This document shows, one piece after another, positions 57,231-59,390 of a stretch of 59,390 nt of DNA; position 1 is the stretch's first letter, and every line of letters begins with the position of its first letter. Both the position numbers and the translations under genes were made by a program. Under the pieces are notes generated by a model. The model saw only the letters and a list, made by a program, of their open reading frames with translations. It was not told the DNA's origin and did no database searches. The DNA lies in the NCBI GenBank assembly GCA_011364975.1, contig RDOE01000012.1, positions 1-59,390 of the forward strand, in the 5' to 3' direction. The stretch is from Promethearchaeota archaeon (GTDB taxonomy: Archaea; Asgardarchaeota; Lokiarchaeia; Sigyniarchaeales; SOKP01).

Positions 57231-58589
57231 TTATAATCGAGTAATATACCTATTTCTTTCCCATTCACTAACTACTAATCTATAGGCGTCATTTTCTTCT
57301 AATTTAGCGTAGTAGAAATTTTTAAACGGTTCCTCTCCAAAAACTTCTTTCATAAATTCGGAATTCTTAAACTCATTTAGAGCTTCCTTTAAACTTCCTG
57401 GCAAAGAATTAATTCCTTCCTTTTCCATTTCTTTTGAAGTTAAATGGTATACATTCCTATCTGTCGGTTCAAATAGTTCTATTTCATCAGATAACATCCC
57501 ATATAACCCTGTTGATAAAAGGACTGCGAATTGAAGATATGGATTTCCTGCAGGATCAGGACATCGTATTTCACATCGTGCTGCACTCGACTTTTTATGA
57601 AAATCAGGAACTCTTATAAGAGGAGATCGATTTCGAAAACCCCACGCAATATATACTGGCGCTTCATACCCGGGAACTAATCGTTTATATGAATTTGGCC
57701 AACTACTCAAAACTGCACACATCGCGCTTGCATGCGTTAATTGACCGGCAATCCATTTCTTCATAAGAAGTGAAATATTATTTGGATCGGCTTCATCGTA
57801 GAATACATTTTTACCATCTTTCCATAAACTTTGATGACAATGCATTCCGGACCCATTTATGCCTTCGAAAGGTTTTGGCATAAAGGTAGCGGTCATATTG
57901 TGTTGAGCTGCAACAGTTTTGATAATTGTTTTAATTGTAATTGTATTATCTGCACTATTAACCGCTTCATCATACCGGAAATCTACTTCATGTTGTCCAT
58001 AAGCAACTTCGTGATGAAGCGCCTCAATTTTAATCCCCATTGCATCGCAATATTGCGCAATAACATAACGCATTTTCTCGTTAATATCATATGGATCATA
58101 ATCAAAATACCCTCTCATATCTGAGGGCTCATATGAAGCTAACTTGTGCTCTTGATCCAAGATAAAAAATTCCATTTCTGGAGCACAATAATACTTTAAT
58201 CCATGTTGCTCTGCTTTCTTTACCGCTTTTTGAAGAATATATCGCGGATCACCTTCGTATCGCGATCCATCCGGTTTATAAATATCGCAAATAACTCTTG
58301 CCACCCGATTATTGTTTGTTCTCCACGGCAGTAAGTAAAATGTACTCGGATCCGGAAGGGCAACCTTATCTGATTCTTCAATAGCGCCATATCCCGTTAT
58401 CGAGCTCCCATCAAAATTCTCCCCTTCCTGAAAAAAATCCTCAATCCGCTTCGCATTAATTTCAAAGGACTTAATTATCCCATGAATATCAGTAAATTGA
58501 AGGTAGATAAATTTAATATCATTCTCCTTTACCTTCTCTATTACCGCCTCGCACAGCTTCTTCCTATTTGGATCATTCTTTTCTATCAT
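57231..58589 (-). CDS. glnA: Glutamine synthetase type I
   Basis: FDGSSI, HHEVAYGQHE, FMPKP..NGSGMHCHQS, SYKRLVPGYEAP and RCPDPAGNPY; ATG 58589 preferred to TTG 58637. Confidence 0.96.
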   Translation of the reverse strand: MIEKNDPNRKKLCEAVIEKVKENDIKFIYLQFTDIHGIIKSFEINAKRIEDFFQEGENFDGSSITGYGAIEESDKVALPDPSTFYLLPWRTNNNRVARVICDIYKPDGSRYEGDPRYILQKAVKKAEQHGLKYYCAPEMEFFILDQEHKLASYEPSDMRGYFDYDPYDINEKMRYVIAQYCDAMGIKIEALHHEVAYGQHEVDFRYDEAVNSADNTITIKTIIKTVAAQHNMTATFMPKPFEGINGSGMHCHQSLWKDGKNVFYDEADPNNISLLMKKWIAGQLTHASAMCAVLSSWPNSYKRLVPGYEAPVYIAWGFRNRSPLIRVPDFHKKSSAARCEIRCPDPAGNPYLQFAVLLSTGLYGMLSDEIELFEPTDRNVYHLTSKEMEKEGINSLPGSLKEALNEFKNSEFMKEVFGEEPFKNFYYAKLEENDAYRLVVSEWERNRYITRL

Positions 58590-58666
58590 AATTTTCCCAT
58601 TTCCTAATTTAACCTTCTTAACTTTACCATCATACAATTAAAAAATATTGAAAATTCATCCAACAC

Positions 58667-59083
58667 TCATTCATACACGAGATATAAATTTAATTTCTTA
58701 TCAAAACTAAGGACTTCGTCCAATTCTAAGGCTTCCACTGTATTATAATTTATAAGTGGACGTTCTACATGACCCCTCTGCTTCTTTTTTAAGCCCACAT
58801 TCCAGCTATAGTAGGTCGCTTGCCCTATTTTAAACTCAAATAACTCGACCGCAGTTTTTTGAGGGATTTTGTCGATACTCCTCCTCCCAAATGCACAATT
58901 AGGTTGGTCTAAAAACATCGCACAATTCCATTTTTCTCCAAAAGTCGTACCTTTTAGTACTGATTGGCTGTAAGCTGCATAATCCTCGCACTCCTTACAA
59001 ATCTTGCTTTCATAATCGTACTCTTTCCCGCATATTGGACATTCTAACCTCATCTTTAATCTCATATCCGAATAATTTGTCAA
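58667..59083 (-). CDS. Hypothetical protein with N-terminal zinc ribbon
   Basis: CPICG...CKEC; lies directly upstream of glnA on the same strand. Confidence 0.6.
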   Translation of the reverse strand: MTNYSDMRLKMRLECPICGKEYDYESKICKECEDYAAYSQSVLKGTTFGEKWNCAMFLDQPNCAFGRRSIDKIPQKTAVELFEFKIGQATYYSWNVGLKKKQRGHVERPLINYNTVEALELDEVLSFDKKLNLYLVYE

Positions 59084-59390
59084 CTTTTAAGTTGGGTTCA
59101 AAACCCGAATCTTTTTTTATAATTAAAATTGGGATAATAAAAATATAAACTTTGCGCGTAATTGTTAGTGCATTTATAAAGGAGGTGACAAAAAATACAG
59201 TTTATTAAAATTTTCTGCAGTTGTTGGTATAAGAAAATTCATAAAACTAAAGAAAATCTTTTAAATAAGAGATGAATTTAGCTTAAAATGGAGTAAAAAG
59301 CCCAAATATGATGAAATAGAGCGTAAAAGTCAATTAAAAACGACAAGAGCGGTGATTCTGCTTCTTAAACATGTGAGGATCTACTGCGTG

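Noticed and set aside
982-58124. Short antisense or alternate-frame ORFs in the track (e.g. 982..1173, 6472..6846, 16815..17132, 35052..35426, 39798..40163, 57831..58124)
   Set aside because: They lie within or largely overlap well-supported genes and show no recognisable motifs; treated as shadow ORFs.
59092-59108. TTGGG-TTCAAAA-CCCGA hairpin resembling a tRNA T-arm or att remnant
   Set aside because: No acceptor stem, anticodon arm or D-arm around it, and no integrase seen.

Overview
AT-rich archaeal chromosomal segment, very probably from an Asgard archaeon (Lokiarchaeia-like). This is inferred from a Rab-like small GTPase, HEAT and HEAT-LRR proteins, an AbrB-PhoU regulator, a Loki-CTERM-like sorting tail, GGTG(A) ribosome-binding sites and T-tract terminators. 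Left to right it holds: the end of a 2-oxoacid:ferredoxin oxidoreductase operon whose beta subunit is circularly permuted, followed by a degenerate second copy of its 3' end; a ~19 kb glycoside/glycolipid catabolic cluster (GH36-like, GH5, GH172, sulfatase, PIG-L deacetylase, SCP2, two UroD/MtaA-like proteins, GPH-family MFS transporters); a HEAT / Rab-like GTPase / TrmB-like block; acyl-CoA metabolism genes including two AbfD paralogues; serA, pyrG and carAB; a PAP2/phoU/phoA block; nadE; a heterodimeric ABC exporter; and glnA. The strongest hidden signals are the permuted PorB and at least two genes (the Rab-like GTPase and an Lrp/AsnC-like protein) that appear to start at ATT codons placed 7 nt after a GGTG site. 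I recognised no rRNA, tRNA, CRISPR array or transposase. All calls come from motif recognition by eye, with no database searches.
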